Positions 1 to 10,812 of a stretch of DNA of 64,000 bases are shown one piece after another. The stretch's first letter is position 1, and each line of letters begins with the position of its first letter. A program made the position numbers and the translations under genes. The notes beneath the pieces are model-generated. The model did no database searches. It worked only from the letters and a program-made list of their open reading frames with translations, and was not told the origin of the DNA. The stretch comes from Candidatus Latescibacterota bacterium. Lineage in GTDB: Bacteria; Latescibacterota; UBA2968; UBA8231. Location of the stretch: positions 1,664,001-1,728,000 of the forward strand of contig OZ242214.1 of NCBI GenBank assembly GCA_965206595.1, written 5' to 3'.

Positions 1-1075
1 CGGCCGCTCCTTCAACGGCGTGATCGACCCGGCGGTGTACCTCGAGCCGCCGCGGACCGCGGAGCGCATCGCCGCCGCGGCCGCGGCCGATTCTCTAGCC
101 GTGGAGCTTCCGCCCGGCGGGCGCTTCCGCGTCGCCAGCTTCGTGTCCGAACGGGGCAGCGGGCTCGACTGGCACTCCGGGTGGGTTTACGACCTCGGTT
201 CCTACCGGTCCTACCCGGAGACCCTGCGGATGTACACCGGCTCCGTCTACGGCCTGGCGAACTCGCTGCCGGGGTGGAGTCCGCTGCACCTGTCGCGGCA
301 CTGGGAATTCGCCAGGGGGTATCCTGGATTCCTGTCCCTTGCCAACGCGCGCTTCGTCGTTACTCATGCCCCGCTCCGGCAGGCGGGACTGACTCTGTTG
401 CACCGCGGGGAGCTGTTCCTGTACGAAAACAGCCATGTCCTGCCGCGGGCCTTTCTGGTCGGCGAGGCAAAGGTGATTGCAGGTGCCGGGAAACGCCTGC
501 GCTACATGCGCGGGGACCGGTTCAGACCGGAGCGCGAGGTGATCCTCGACAGGCCCCCGGATCTCCGGGGTGATGGAGGAAAACCCTCCGCTGGCGCGCC
601 CCCCGCTGGCGGGGGATTCCCCTCAGGCCAGGCCCACATAACCCGCTACGACCCGTGTCGCGTGGAGGTCGCGGTGGCGCCGAACGAGCCGGGGTTCCTG
701 GTTTTGAGCGACAGCCACTATCCCGGGTGGCGGGTGGACGTCGACGGGGAAGAGAGGCCGCTGCTGCTCGCCAACCATGTCTTTCGCGCCGTCGCCCTGG
801 GGCCTGCGGACCGGGAGGTGGTCTTCAGCTTCGAGCCGGCCAGCTTCCGCATCGGGGCTTCGGTCAGCATCGCCGCCCTGCTGCTCTGGGCGGGACTCAA
901 CTTCGCCGCGCGAGGGCGGGCGCCCTGGGCGGAGGGGACAGTACCAGAGGGGCGCCGCATCCTCTCTTCGACCTGCCAACTCCTCCTCATCCTGTTGCTG
1001 CACGCCGCGATCAGGCAGTGGCCCCTGTGGGCGGGGATGCTCGACCGCTGCCGCGCCCCTGCCGGCTGGTTTTAG
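1..1075 (+). CDS. YfhO-family membrane protein, C-terminal part (5' end likely outside window)
   Basis: LPRAFLV, GFLVLSDSHYPGWRVDVDG, ANHVFRAVAL and FSFEP-SFRIG motifs followed by TM helices are typical of the YfhO C-terminus. Confidence 0.75.
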   Translation, partial: GRSFNGVIDPAVYLEPPRTAERIAAAAAADSLAVELPPGGRFRVASFVSERGSGLDWHSGWVYDLGSYRSYPETLRMYTGSVYGLANSLPGWSPLHLSRHWEFARGYPGFLSLANARFVVTHAPLRQAGLTLLHRGELFLYENSHVLPRAFLVGEAKVIAGAGKRLRYMRGDRFRPEREVILDRPPDLRGDGGKPSAGAPPAGGGFPSGQAHITRYDPCRVEVAVAPNEPGFLVLSDSHYPGWRVDVDGEERPLLLANHVFRAVALGPADREVVFSFEPASFRIGASVSIAALLLWAGLNFAARGRAPWAEGTVPEGRRILSSTCQLLLILLLHAAIRQWPLWAGMLDRCRAPAGWF

Positions 1076-1344
1076 GCGGGCCCGGGTTTCGAGCTTTCCG
1101 GAGAGAATATCGAGGAAGGGCACCGGGGCCCGGGCTCTGGAGCGCTAGTTTCCCACCGGCGGAGGGGCCCCGGCCTGGAGGAGCTGCGATAGCCCAGAAG
1201 TTGAAGCGCCATGAGGTCGGCGCTGCAGCCAGGTGTATCTCCCTTCCGGACCTTCGAGATGACGGGAGGGTTCTGGGATCCACGCCGGTTCCCTGGCCGG
1301 ACGCGAAGCTTCTCGTTCGGGATGGGTGGAAGAAGTGGTCTCTG

Positions 1345-3357
1345 TCAGCCGTTGCCGGCAGCCGCGGCTGCTATGGCGGCGATCGCTTCGGGATTCACCA
1401 GGCTGGAAGTATCTCCGGGATCTTCCCCCAGCCAGGCGCTGCGGATGACGCGGCGCATCACCTTGGCGTTGCGGGTTGTCGGCAGGTCCGGCACGAAGAG
1501 CAGGTCTGCGGGGCGCATCGGTCTGCCGAGCTCCGCGGCGACTTTGTCGAGCAACTCCCGTTTGAGCTGCTCGTCCGCGGTGCTTCCGGGAACCGGCACG
1601 CAGAAGCAGACGACGTCCGTTCCCTTGACCGGGTGGGGGACGCCGACGGCGCCGGCCTCGGCGACCGCGGGGTGGTTGACGAGGATGGACTCGAACTCCG
1701 CGGGGCCCAGGCGCTTGCCGGCGACGTTGATGGTGTCGTCGGAGCGGCCGAGGATGTACCAGGATCCGTCGCCGTCGATGGCGGCCCAGTCGCCGTGCAC
1801 CCAGACGTCGTGCCAGCGCGACCAGTAGGTCCCCAGGTAGCGCTCCTCGTCGTTCCAGAAGCCGCGCGTCATGCCGATCCAGGGAGCGCGCACCACGAGC
1901 TCGCCGACCTCGCCGCGGAGCGGTTCGCCGTCCTCTCCGGCCACGTCCGCGGCCATGCCGGGGCAGGGCCCGGTGAAGGCGGTCGGCTTCGACGGCTGCA
2001 GCAGGTTGCCCATGAGGATGCCGCCGCTCACCTCGGTGCCCCCGGAGTAGTTGATGATGGGCAGCCGTCTTTCCCCGGCGACCTCGAAGAGCCAGTTCCA
2101 GGGGTCGGGGTTCCAGGGCTCTCCGGTGGAGGCGAACAGCCTCAGGGAGGAGAGGTCGCGCCGCCTGACGAGCTCCTCTCCGTGGGGGATGAGGCTGCGC
2201 ACCAAGGTGGGGGAGAGCCCGAGGATCCCGATCCTCTGCGTCTCCACCAGCTTCCACAGGCGGTCGGGCCCCGGATAGTCGGGGGCGCCGTCGTAGAGGA
2301 CGCAGGTCGCTCCCAGCAGGGCGGCGCCGAAGACGAGCCACGGCCCCATCATCCAGCCCATGTCCGTCACCCAGTGAACGACGTCCCCGGCGTGCACGTC
2401 GGTGCCGAAGCACATGTCCTGGGCAGCCTTGACCGGGAACCCGCAGTGGGTGTGCACCGCCCCTTTGGGGCGGCCGCTGGTGCCCGAGGTGTACATGAGC
2501 ATCAGCACGTCCTCGGCCGCGGTCGGCTCCGGCTCACAGGCGTCCGGCATGCCTGCGAGCAACTCGTGCCACCAGTGATCCCGTCTCTCGACCATCTCCA
2601 CGCTCCCGTCCGGGGTAGCGAGTCGGCGCAGGACGACCACGTGCTCGACGCAGGGGGCTTGTCTCAGGGCCTCGTCCGCGGTCTTCTTCAGCGGCACCTG
2701 CCGTCCCCGGCGGCGGGATCCGTCGGCGGTGATCAGGGCCCTGGCGCCGGCGTCCTCGAGGCGGCCGGCCACCGCCCCGGCCCCGAAGCCGGAGAACAGC
2801 GGCAGCAGGATCGCCCCGATGCGGGCGGCGGCGAAAAGGGCGATGACGATTTCGGCCGACATAGGCATGTACAGGCCGACGACGTCCCCCTTGCCCAGCC
2901 CCAGGGAGCGCAGGGCGTTGGCGCAGCGGCCGACCTCGTCGGCCAGCTCGCAGTAGCTGAGGCTTGCCGCGTTCCCCTCCTCGTCCTCGGCGACCAGGGC
3001 GGTTCGCCGCGCCGTTTCCGGGTCCGCCAGCCACTTGTCGAGGCAGCTCTCGACGATGTTGAGTTGCCCGCCGACACACCAGCGGGGGAACGGCATTCCC
3101 CGGGACAGATCGAGGACCTGCGTCCAGGGCCTGGCGAAGCGGATGTCGAGGAACGCGATGACCTGTTCGGTGAACCAGCCTACCTCCTCGGTGGAGCGCC
3201 TTTGCAACTCCTCGAGCGAGCCGACGCCGGCTCGCTCCATAAACGCGGCGAGGTTGCTGCCGGCGACCTGTTCCGGGTCCGGGTGCCAGGCGAAATCGAA
3301 ACTTACCGGACCGGTGCCCGCGGCTGCGGTTGCGCTCATGGAATCCCCCGCAGTCAC
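1345..3357 (-). CDS. AMP-dependent acyl-CoA synthetase (acetate-CoA ligase-like)
   Basis: YTSGTSGRPKG AMP-binding motif, SGGTE, GRSDD, PTTRNAKVMRR; alternative ATG start at 3339. Confidence 0.9.
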   Translation of the reverse strand: MTAGDSMSATAAAGTGPVSFDFAWHPDPEQVAGSNLAAFMERAGVGSLEELQRRSTEEVGWFTEQVIAFLDIRFARPWTQVLDLSRGMPFPRWCVGGQLNIVESCLDKWLADPETARRTALVAEDEEGNAASLSYCELADEVGRCANALRSLGLGKGDVVGLYMPMSAEIVIALFAAARIGAILLPLFSGFGAGAVAGRLEDAGARALITADGSRRRGRQVPLKKTADEALRQAPCVEHVVVLRRLATPDGSVEMVERRDHWWHELLAGMPDACEPEPTAAEDVLMLMYTSGTSGRPKGAVHTHCGFPVKAAQDMCFGTDVHAGDVVHWVTDMGWMMGPWLVFGAALLGATCVLYDGAPDYPGPDRLWKLVETQRIGILGLSPTLVRSLIPHGEELVRRRDLSSLRLFASTGEPWNPDPWNWLFEVAGERRLPIINYSGGTEVSGGILMGNLLQPSKPTAFTGPCPGMAADVAGEDGEPLRGEVGELVVRAPWIGMTRGFWNDEERYLGTYWSRWHDVWVHGDWAAIDGDGSWYILGRSDDTINVAGKRLGPAEFESILVNHPAVAEAGAVGVPHPVKGTDVVCFCVPVPGSTADEQLKRELLDKVAAELGRPMRPADLLFVPDLPTTRNAKVMRRVIRSAWLGEDPGDTSSLVNPEAIAAIAAAAAGNG

Positions 3358-4478
3358 ACCGCGTAGGCGACCGAGCCGTCCTCGGAGATCGGGGTCGTGC
3401 CGGTGTTCATCGGCGAGAAGGCTCCTGACTCTGCCTCGGGATCGAGCTCGACCCCGAGACCGGGCGCCTCGGGAACAGTCATGAAGCCCCCTTCGCGGCG
3501 GTGGGCGCAGCGGTAGATGGCGTTCTCGGGCGCCTCGTCCCTCTTCGTGTATTCCTGGGTGACGAAGTTGGGGATGCTGGCGTCGAGATGGAGGGAGGCC
3601 GCGGTGGTCAGCGGCCCGAGAAAGTTGTGGGTGACGACGGCGCAGTGGTAGGACTCGGCGATCGCCGCGATTTTCTTGCAGTGGGTCAGCCCGCCGGCGA
3701 GGGCGACGTCAGGGCGCACGTACTGAGGCCCTCCCGCCTCGAGCAGCTCGCGGAACTCCCAGACCGTGGTCAGGCGCTCGCCGTTTGCGATCGGCACGCT
3801 GGTACGGCGGGCGATCCCCGCCTGCGACTGGATGCTGTCGATCTGAATCGGGTCTTCGAGGAAGTAGAGGTTGAACGGGGCGAGGGCCTCGGCCACGGCG
3901 AGCGCGGTGAGGGGGGTCAGCTTGCGGTGCACCTCGACGACGAGATCGAGATCCGGGCCGCCGGCTTCGCGCGCCGCTCCTACCAGTGCCTCGGCGTTCC
4001 TGACGATGCGGTCGAGGCCGCTGTCGGGATGCAGCGAGGTGATCGGGTCGAACTTGAGGGCGGTGAAACCTTCGGCGACGGCGTTGCGGGCGGTTTCCGC
4101 CATCGCCTCCGGCGTCGCCCCTCCGTCCATCAGGCAGAGGCGGATCCTGTCGCGGCAGCGCCCTCCGAGCAGCTCCCAGACCGGAACCTCGAAGCGCTTT
4201 CCCTTGATGTCCCAAAGCGCGATGTCGATGGCGCTGAGGGCGCCGGCCACGACGTTGCCGCGAAACGGGCTCATGCGGTAGAGGTGCTGCCAGTGATGCT
4301 CTATGCGCAAGGGGTCCTGGCCGACGAGATAGCGCCCGAAGGCGTCGACGACCCGTTCGACCGCCTCGGGATACCCCCAGCAGGCGGTCTGCCCGAGGCC
4401 GGTCAGTCCGGTGTCCGTGTAGACCTTTACCAGGTAATTGCTGCCGAGGTAGAGCGACTCGAGGCGATCAATTTTCAT
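3354..4478 (-). CDS. Mandelate racemase/enolase-superfamily dehydratase, galactonate dehydratase (DgoD)-like
   Basis: SAIDIALWDIKGK, LLGG-CRDRI, KFD, EVH, EDP, NGER, PGLGVE motifs. Confidence 0.85.
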   Translation of the reverse strand: MKIDRLESLYLGSNYLVKVYTDTGLTGLGQTACWGYPEAVERVVDAFGRYLVGQDPLRIEHHWQHLYRMSPFRGNVVAGALSAIDIALWDIKGKRFEVPVWELLGGRCRDRIRLCLMDGGATPEAMAETARNAVAEGFTALKFDPITSLHPDSGLDRIVRNAEALVGAAREAGGPDLDLVVEVHRKLTPLTALAVAEALAPFNLYFLEDPIQIDSIQSQAGIARRTSVPIANGERLTTVWEFRELLEAGGPQYVRPDVALAGGLTHCKKIAAIAESYHCAVVTHNFLGPLTTAASLHLDASIPNFVTQEYTKRDEAPENAIYRCAHRREGGFMTVPEAPGLGVELDPEAESGAFSPMNTGTTPISEDGSVAYAV

Positions 4479-4712
4479 GTGTCCACCACCACTTTTCGGA
4501 ACTGGAAGAGCCCTGGCGGGCGGGCCGCAGGCGGTTGAATGCCTGCGGGCAGGGCGGCTATATTATCGCCCCTGTCAGCCCGCGGCAAACGTGGTTCAGG
4601 CTACGGCCCTTCGCCGCCGATTGCCCGGGCTCAGCTGCAGCGCGGCCGGACCATTGGCCGCTTCAGCATCCCTGCCCACAACCTGCATTCCAGACCCCAG
4701 ACCGGAACCTCC

Positions 4713-5468
4713 GTGGCAGAGCTCAGGTTCGCCGCTCCCGAAGAGCGCCGCGTCGCCCTCGTAACCGGAGGGGCCAGGGGCATCGGACGCGCCATCGCCT
4801 TGCGTCTGGCTGCGGACGGCCGCGACCTCGTCATTGCCGACATTCTCGAGGAAGAGGCTGCCGAAACAGTGGCCGCGGTCCGCCGGCAGGGCAGGGAGGC
4901 GGTTTTCCTGCGCACCGACGTCGCCGACGAACCGGCGGTGCGCTCCTGCGTCGAGGGGGCGCGCGAGCATTTCGGCCGCCTCGACATCCTGGTCTGTTCC
5001 GCCGGCATCCTCGGGCTGGAAGCGGACTTCCTCGAGCAGTCGCCGGCCCAATTCGACAAGGTCCTGAAGACCAATCTGTACGGCGCCTTCTACGCTCACC
5101 AGACCGCCATTCCCCACATGCTGGAGGGGGGCTGGGGCCGCTGCCTGTCCATCACGTCGGGCGCCCGCGGGGGCTCCCCGCACCAGGTCCCGTACTGTGT
5201 CTCCAAGGCGGCCCTCTTCTGCTTCGTGCGCTCCCTCGGCAACGCCTATCCCAAGCAGGGGGTTTTCGTCAACGGGGTGGAACCTGGCCGCGCCCTGACC
5301 GACATGGTGGTGCCGCGGTTCACGGCCGAGCACCTCGCCAATCCCGGCACCCCGGTAGGCCGCTACTCCGATCCCGAGGAAGTGGCCGAGGTCGCGGCCT
5401 TTCTCTGCTCGGAGCGCAACACCTATACCACCGGGTCGATCTGGAGCGTCAAGGGAGGCAGCGGCTAA
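4713..5468 (+). CDS. SDR family oxidoreductase
   Basis: TGGARGIG Rossmann motif and YCVSK catalytic motif; GTG start at 4713 inferred. Confidence 0.9.
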   Translation: MAELRFAAPEERRVALVTGGARGIGRAIALRLAADGRDLVIADILEEEAAETVAAVRRQGREAVFLRTDVADEPAVRSCVEGAREHFGRLDILVCSAGILGLEADFLEQSPAQFDKVLKTNLYGAFYAHQTAIPHMLEGGWGRCLSITSGARGGSPHQVPYCVSKAALFCFVRSLGNAYPKQGVFVNGVEPGRALTDMVVPRFTAEHLANPGTPVGRYSDPEEVAEVAAFLCSERNTYTTGSIWSVKGGSG

Positions 5469-7355
5469 GTGGTGCCGCCTGAAGTGTTGCTCGATTCCCG
5501 GGGCGACGGCCCGGGCGGCTGGGCCTCCCGCTTCTCCGGGTTCTCCGGGAAGGTCGAGGTCGCTTCCCAGGCCGACGTTCCCCAGGCGCTGGAGGAGATC
5601 GAAAGGGCGGTTGCCAGCGGCCTCCACGCCGCCGGTTTCCTGACCTACGAGGCCGCCCCCGGCCTCGACGCGGCGATGCGCACGAGGGCTCCCGGAACCC
5701 TGCCCGTGCTCTGGTTCGGTCTGTTTTCGGAACGCCGCCGGCCACCCCTGGACAGGCCTTGGCCGCCCCCGGCGGGGGCTTACGCTGCCGGCCCCTGGGA
5801 ATCCTCGATGGACAGGTCCGCCTATGCCGCCGCGGTGGAGGAGATCCACCGCTACATCCTGGCCGGCGATACCTACCAGGTCAATTTCACCACCCGCATG
5901 CGGACCCCGATCTCGGGAGATTTCCTCGCTCTCTACGACGACATCTGCGCCGCTCAGCGCTCCGGTTACTGCGCCTTCCTCGACATCGGGTCGCACGCGG
6001 TTCTGTCGGCGTCTCCCGAGCTGTTCTTCTCCCTGAAGGATGGCCGGCTGCGGGCGCGGCCGATGAAGGGGACCCGCCCGCGCGGCCGCTGGCTGGAGGA
6101 GGACCGGGCCCTGGTCGAGGAGCTGGCATCCGATCCCAAGGAGCGCGCCGAGAACGTCATGATCGTCGACCTGCTGAGGAACGATCTCGGACGCGTCTCC
6201 GCGGCCGGATCGGTCGTGGTCCCGAGCCTGTGGCAGGTGGAGCGGTACGAGACCGTGAACCAGCTCGTCTCCCAGGTCGAATCGGAGGTTGAACCGGGCA
6301 CGAGCCTGCGGGACCTGTTCGCCGCCCTGTTTCCCAGCGGTTCGGTCACCGGGGCCCCCAAAGTGCGCACCATGGAGCTCATCACCGAGCTCGAGACCGC
6401 GCCGCGCGGCATCTATACGGGGTGCATCGGCTACCTCTCCCCGGGAGAGGAGGGCGTCGGAGGCGGGTCCCCGCGAGGGGGAGTCACCGCCATGGAAGCC
6501 TGCTTCAGCGTCGCCATCAGGACCGTCTGCGTCGACCGCGGCCGCGGACAGGCGGAGTACGGCGTCGGCAGCGGGGTTACGCATTACTCCGCCGCGGCCG
6601 CCGAGTTCGAGGAGTGCAGGCTCAAGGCCCGCGTTCTCACCGAGCGCCGGCCTCCGTTCGATCTGTTCGAGACCTTGCGGCTCGATACCGGGGCTGGCGT
6701 CTCCTCCCGGGAGGGGGGATACTTTCTCCGCGACCGCCACATCGCCCGGCTGCGGGACTCCGCCGCCTACTTCGGCTTCGCCTGCGACGAAGAGCAGGTG
6801 CTCGCCGCCCTCGAAGGCCACGCCCGCGGGCTGCGGCCGGGGGGAGGCATCCACCGGGTCCGACTGGTGCTGTCGCGGGCAGGAGAGGTGACGGTGAAGA
6901 GCCGGCCGCTCCCCTTCGCCGAAGGCTGTCCGCTGCGCGCCGGGATCGCCCGGGATGCGGTGTCGAGCGGCGACGTGTTCCTCTACCACAAGACGACCAA
7001 CAGGCAGGTCTACGAGGAACGCCGGTCCCACTGCGGCGCTGGCGAGGTGCTGCTGTGGAACGAGCGCGGCGAGCTGACCGAGGCTTCGATCGGCAACATC
7101 GTCGCCGTTTCGGAAGGGCGGCGATGGACGCCGCCGCGGGAGTGCGGGCTGCTGGCCGGAACCTACCGGAACCATCTTTTGGAACTGGGGGAGATCGAGG
7201 AGCAGGTGATCGCCATCGACGAGGTGGAAGAGGCGGAGGGGCTGTTTCTGATCAACTCCGTGCGCGGTTGGGTCCCTCTCGAACTCGTTGGTATCGGGAC
7301 GGCGGGCGCTGCGCCGCGGCAGCGGGAGCCCGCCGCAGACATGGGAGCAGGATGA
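5469..7355 (+). CDS. pabB: Bifunctional aminodeoxychorismate synthase component I / ADC lyase (PabB-PabC fusion)
   Basis: GDTYQVN, SPELFF, PMKGT, KERAENVMIVDLLRND, FPSGSVTGAPK; C-terminal class IV aminotransferase domain (FETLR, HKTT, GLLAGT). Confidence 0.9.
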   Translation: MVPPEVLLDSRGDGPGGWASRFSGFSGKVEVASQADVPQALEEIERAVASGLHAAGFLTYEAAPGLDAAMRTRAPGTLPVLWFGLFSERRRPPLDRPWPPPAGAYAAGPWESSMDRSAYAAAVEEIHRYILAGDTYQVNFTTRMRTPISGDFLALYDDICAAQRSGYCAFLDIGSHAVLSASPELFFSLKDGRLRARPMKGTRPRGRWLEEDRALVEELASDPKERAENVMIVDLLRNDLGRVSAAGSVVVPSLWQVERYETVNQLVSQVESEVEPGTSLRDLFAALFPSGSVTGAPKVRTMELITELETAPRGIYTGCIGYLSPGEEGVGGGSPRGGVTAMEACFSVAIRTVCVDRGRGQAEYGVGSGVTHYSAAAAEFEECRLKARVLTERRPPFDLFETLRLDTGAGVSSREGGYFLRDRHIARLRDSAAYFGFACDEEQVLAALEGHARGLRPGGGIHRVRLVLSRAGEVTVKSRPLPFAEGCPLRAGIARDAVSSGDVFLYHKTTNRQVYEERRSHCGAGEVLLWNERGELTEASIGNIVAVSEGRRWTPPRECGLLAGTYRNHLLELGEIEEQVIAIDEVEEAEGLFLINSVRGWVPLELVGIGTAGAAPRQREPAADMGAG

Positions 7356-8518
7356 TGTACAGAATGGGCGAAGCGGAGCTGAAGCGGCTGCGCAGGGTGA
7401 TCGAGAGCGGCAAAATGTACCGCTATGAAGGAGGGGAGTGCGATCTCTTCGAGAAGCGTTGGGCGAGGCACGTCGGAGTCCGCTACGCGCGCATGACGCG
7501 CAGCGGCACCTCGGCCATCTACACGGCCCTGGTCGGCCTCGGGGTCGGTCCCGGCGACCAGGTGATCGTGCCGGCGTACACCTACATGGCGACCGCCCTC
7601 GGGGTCCTCAACGCCGGGGCGATTCCCGTGGTCGCCGACGTCGACGAATCCCTCACCCTGTCGCCGCAGGACCTCGAAAGGAGAATCACCCCGTTCACCC
7701 GCGCCGTGATTCCCGTGCACATGTGCGGCTTGTCCAGCGACATGAACGCGATCATGAAGATCGCCCGCAGCCGCGGCCTGCTGGTGCTCGAGGACGCCTG
7801 CCAGGCGGTCGGAGGCGGGTACCGCGGGCGCAAGCTCGGCTCCATCGGCCACGCCGGCGCCTTCAGCTTCAACTTCTTCAAGAACATTTCCTGCGGAGAG
7901 GGGGGCGCCTTCGTCGCCAAGACCCGGAAGGTATTCGACCGCGCCTCCGTGGCCGCCGACTGCTGCGCCTACTACTGGAACCCCGAGATACACAGCGACG
8001 ACGTGCAGTTCGCCGGTCACAACTTCCGCGCCTCCGAGTTCGAGGGGGCGATCATGAACGTGCAGCTGCGGCGCATCGACGGCATCCTGTCGCGCATGCG
8101 GAACCACAAGAAGGAGGTGATCGCCGCGGGGGAGCAGGCCGGCCTGCGGTCGATCCGCTACAACAGCATCGACCACGAGTGCGGCTCCCACGCCGGGTTC
8201 CTGTTCGACGACGAGGGCAGCGCGCGCCGCTTCTCCGACAGCGTCGCCGCCGCCGGGGTCCGCTCGTTCCTGCCGATGGACACCGGGCGCCACGTGTACA
8301 CCCGCTGGCACCCGATCCTGCGCGAGCAGGGGTCCCACCACCCGGCCCTCGACCCGTTCAAGATCCCCGCGAACCGGCGCTGCAGGGTGAAGTACTCCGA
8401 GGACATGTGCCGCGACTCGCTCGACATCCTGGCGCGCTCCGTCCTGATCGGCATGCACCCCGACGACTCGCGCTCGCGAGTGCGCGCCATCTGCAAGGCC
8501 GTGGCCGCGGCCGCCTGA
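7352..8518 (+). CDS. DegT/DnrJ/EryC1/StrS family PLP aminotransferase
   Basis: SGTSA, PVHMCG, EDACQA, FSFNFFKNISCGEGG motifs; ATGA overlap with pabB. Confidence 0.9.
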   Translation: MMYRMGEAELKRLRRVIESGKMYRYEGGECDLFEKRWARHVGVRYARMTRSGTSAIYTALVGLGVGPGDQVIVPAYTYMATALGVLNAGAIPVVADVDESLTLSPQDLERRITPFTRAVIPVHMCGLSSDMNAIMKIARSRGLLVLEDACQAVGGGYRGRKLGSIGHAGAFSFNFFKNISCGEGGAFVAKTRKVFDRASVAADCCAYYWNPEIHSDDVQFAGHNFRASEFEGAIMNVQLRRIDGILSRMRNHKKEVIAAGEQAGLRSIRYNSIDHECGSHAGFLFDDEGSARRFSDSVAAAGVRSFLPMDTGRHVYTRWHPILREQGSHHPALDPFKIPANRRCRVKYSEDMCRDSLDILARSVLIGMHPDDSRSRVRAICKAVAAAA

Positions 8519-8547
8519 GAAACCGCCAACCTGATCCGAGGCTCGAA

Positions 8548-9856
8548 ATGCTTGCGACATCCAGAACCCTGACCATTCTCGTTTTCTGCGCACTTCTCCC
8601 GATCCCCGCGGGCGCCGAGGCCGAAAAATCGATCACCATCTGGTGGGCGCAGTGGGACCCCGCGGTGGGACTGCAGAAGCTCGGGGACGAGTTCGCCGCC
8701 GAGACCGGGATCGCCGTCGAGGTGCACCAGATTCCCTGGGCTTCCTACCAGGACCAGGTGTTCCTCAACTATCGGCAACAGGCAGACCGACTTCGACATC
8801 GTCGTCGGCGACAGCCAGTGGATCGGCCGCGGCGCCACCCGCGGCCTCTACCTCGAGCTGACCGACTGGCTGCCCCAGCACGTCGACATCGAGGCCATTC
8901 ACCCCCTGGCGCGCCATTTTCTGATGGAGTACCCCTCGGGCAGCGGCAGGTATTTCGCCGCCCCCTGCGAGACCGACGCCCTCGGCTTCGTGTACCGCCG
9001 GGACTGGTTCGAGGACCCTGCCGAGCAGGCGGCGTTCGCGCCAAAGTACGGCCGCGCCCTGCAGCCCCCGGACACCTGGCAGGAGTTCCGCGAGGTCGCC
9101 GAATTCTTCTACCGCCCCGATGAGAAGCGCTACGGCTGCGCCCTGCTGACCGGCCGCAGTTACGACTCGCTGGTGATGGGGTTCCAGCCCTTCCTGGGAG
9201 CCTGGGGGGGCTCCTGGGGGAACAGGGAGACCTTCGAGGTCGCCGGCCACGTCAACAGCCCCGAGGCGGTCGCCGGGTTGCAGTATCTGATCGACCTCCT
9301 GCAGTTCGCTCCCCCGGGAGGGGTAAGCGCCGACTACATGCAGGTTCTCGACGCCTTCATGAACGGATCGACGGCGATGGTCCTCGACTACTTCCCGTTC
9401 TACCCCGGGATCGTCGACGCCATGGGGGACAAGGCGGGGTTCTTCCTGGTGCCGCGCAACGGCGACAGCCGCGTCATCAGCCTCGGGGGACAGGGGTTCA
9501 GCATCTCGACCAAGGTTTCCGCGCCGCAGCAGGAGCTCGCCAAACAGTTCATCGCCTGGTTCGAGCGCACCGAAGTGCAGGAACGTTGGATCACCCATCC
9601 GGGCTGCTTCACCGCCAACACCGGGCTGCTCGCCAGCGAGGCGTTCGCCAGGGCCTACCCGTTCAACGCCGTGTTCGCGCAGTCCCTCGACTACCTGATC
9701 GACTTCTGGAACGTGCCGGTGTACAACGAGCTGCTCGCCGCGGCGCAGCGCAATCTCGGAGAGGCGCTCGACGGGGCGAAGGAGCCGCAGGCCGCCCTCG
9801 ACCAGCTCGCCGCGGAGCACGAGCTGATCATGAAGCAGGGCGGCCTGCTCGAATAG
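8548..9856 (+). CDS. Carbohydrate ABC transporter substrate-binding protein, frameshifted near 8770
   Basis: Signal peptide and TIWWAQWDP in one frame; FDIVVGDSQW...PDTWQEF continues in another frame; removing one base at AACTATCGGC restores NFGN. Confidence 0.8.
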
Positions 9857-9873
9857 CCGCTGCCCGCCGAAGA

Positions 9874-10812
9874 GTGCCGGACGCGTCCGCATCCGGGAGG
9901 GCCCGGGGCGCCGCCCAACGCGGGGAGGGCAGGTTGCTGGCGTACGGATTCGTCGCCCCCGCCCTCGCCGTGCTCATCGGCGTCAACGTATTCCTTCTCC
10001 TGTACAGCATCTTCCTCAGCTTCTCGAACGCCGAGCTGACCGGTGGCGACTACCGGATGATCGGCACCCTCAACTACGGCTTCGTCTTCCTCGACCCGAA
10101 GTACGCCGCCGCCTTCCGCACCACTGCCCTGTTCGTCGTCGCCGCGGTTTCCGTCGAGCTGCTGCTCGGGTACGGGCTCGCCCTGGGGTTGCGCGCCGAC
10201 TTTCGCGGCAAGCCCGCGGTGCTGACCCTGCTCCTGGTCCCGATGATGCTGCCGGCGGCGGTGATCGGGCTGTTCTGGAAGCTGATCCTCAACGGCAGCT
10301 ACGGCGTCCTCAACCAGGCGCTGGGAGCGCTGGGCCTGCCGCAGCCGCAGTGGACGACCGACCCCGGCCTCAAGCTGTTCTCGGTGCTGATGATCGACAT
10401 CTGGATGTGGACCCCCTTCATGCTGCTGATCTCGCTGGCCGCCCTCAACTCGATCCCGGCGGCCATCTACGAGGCCGCGGCCATCGACCGCGCCTCCCCC
10501 TGGAGGCTGTTCCGCCGCATCGTTCTGCCGATGTCGGCGCCGCTGGTCGGCCTCGCGGTGCTGCTGCGGGCCACCGACGCGATCAAGCAGTTCGACCTGG
10601 TGATGGCGATCACCGGGCCGAACGACGGCGCCACGCAGACCCTGAGCGCACTGCTGTACCAGGTGATGTTCCGCGACGGCAAGGTCGGCCTCAGCTCCGC
10701 GTACTCCTACGTCGTCCTGGTGGTCGTCATCGCCTTGGCCACGGTCTTCATCCGCTACCTGCACGGCCAGCAGGGCCGCAACCTGCAGGGCGGCTCCGGG
10801 GAGGCGGCGTGA
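9874..10812 (+). CDS. Carbohydrate ABC transporter permease (MalF-like)
   Basis: TM helices, DIWMWTPF and EAA motif (YEAAAIDRAS); start approximate. Confidence 0.9.
   Translation: MPDASASGRARGAAQRGEGRLLAYGFVAPALAVLIGVNVFLLLYSIFLSFSNAELTGGDYRMIGTLNYGFVFLDPKYAAAFRTTALFVVAAVSVELLLGYGLALGLRADFRGKPAVLTLLLVPMMLPAAVIGLFWKLILNGSYGVLNQALGALGLPQPQWTTDPGLKLFSVLMIDIWMWTPFMLLISLAALNSIPAAIYEAAAIDRASPWRLFRRIVLPMSAPLVGLAVLLRATDAIKQFDLVMAITGPNDGATQTLSALLYQVMFRDGKVGLSSAYSYVVLVVVIALATVFIRYLHGQQGRNLQGGSGEAA

Noticed and set aside
655-3366. 903-aa + strand ORF and similar long shadow ORFs (4596-7175, 23798-26470, 24181-26847, 36615-38783)
   Set aside because: Antisense or alternate-frame shadows of real genes in high-GC DNA; R/G/P-rich with no motifs
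5469-7355. PabB-PabC fusion as a novelty
   Set aside because: A known and fairly widespread bifunctional architecture
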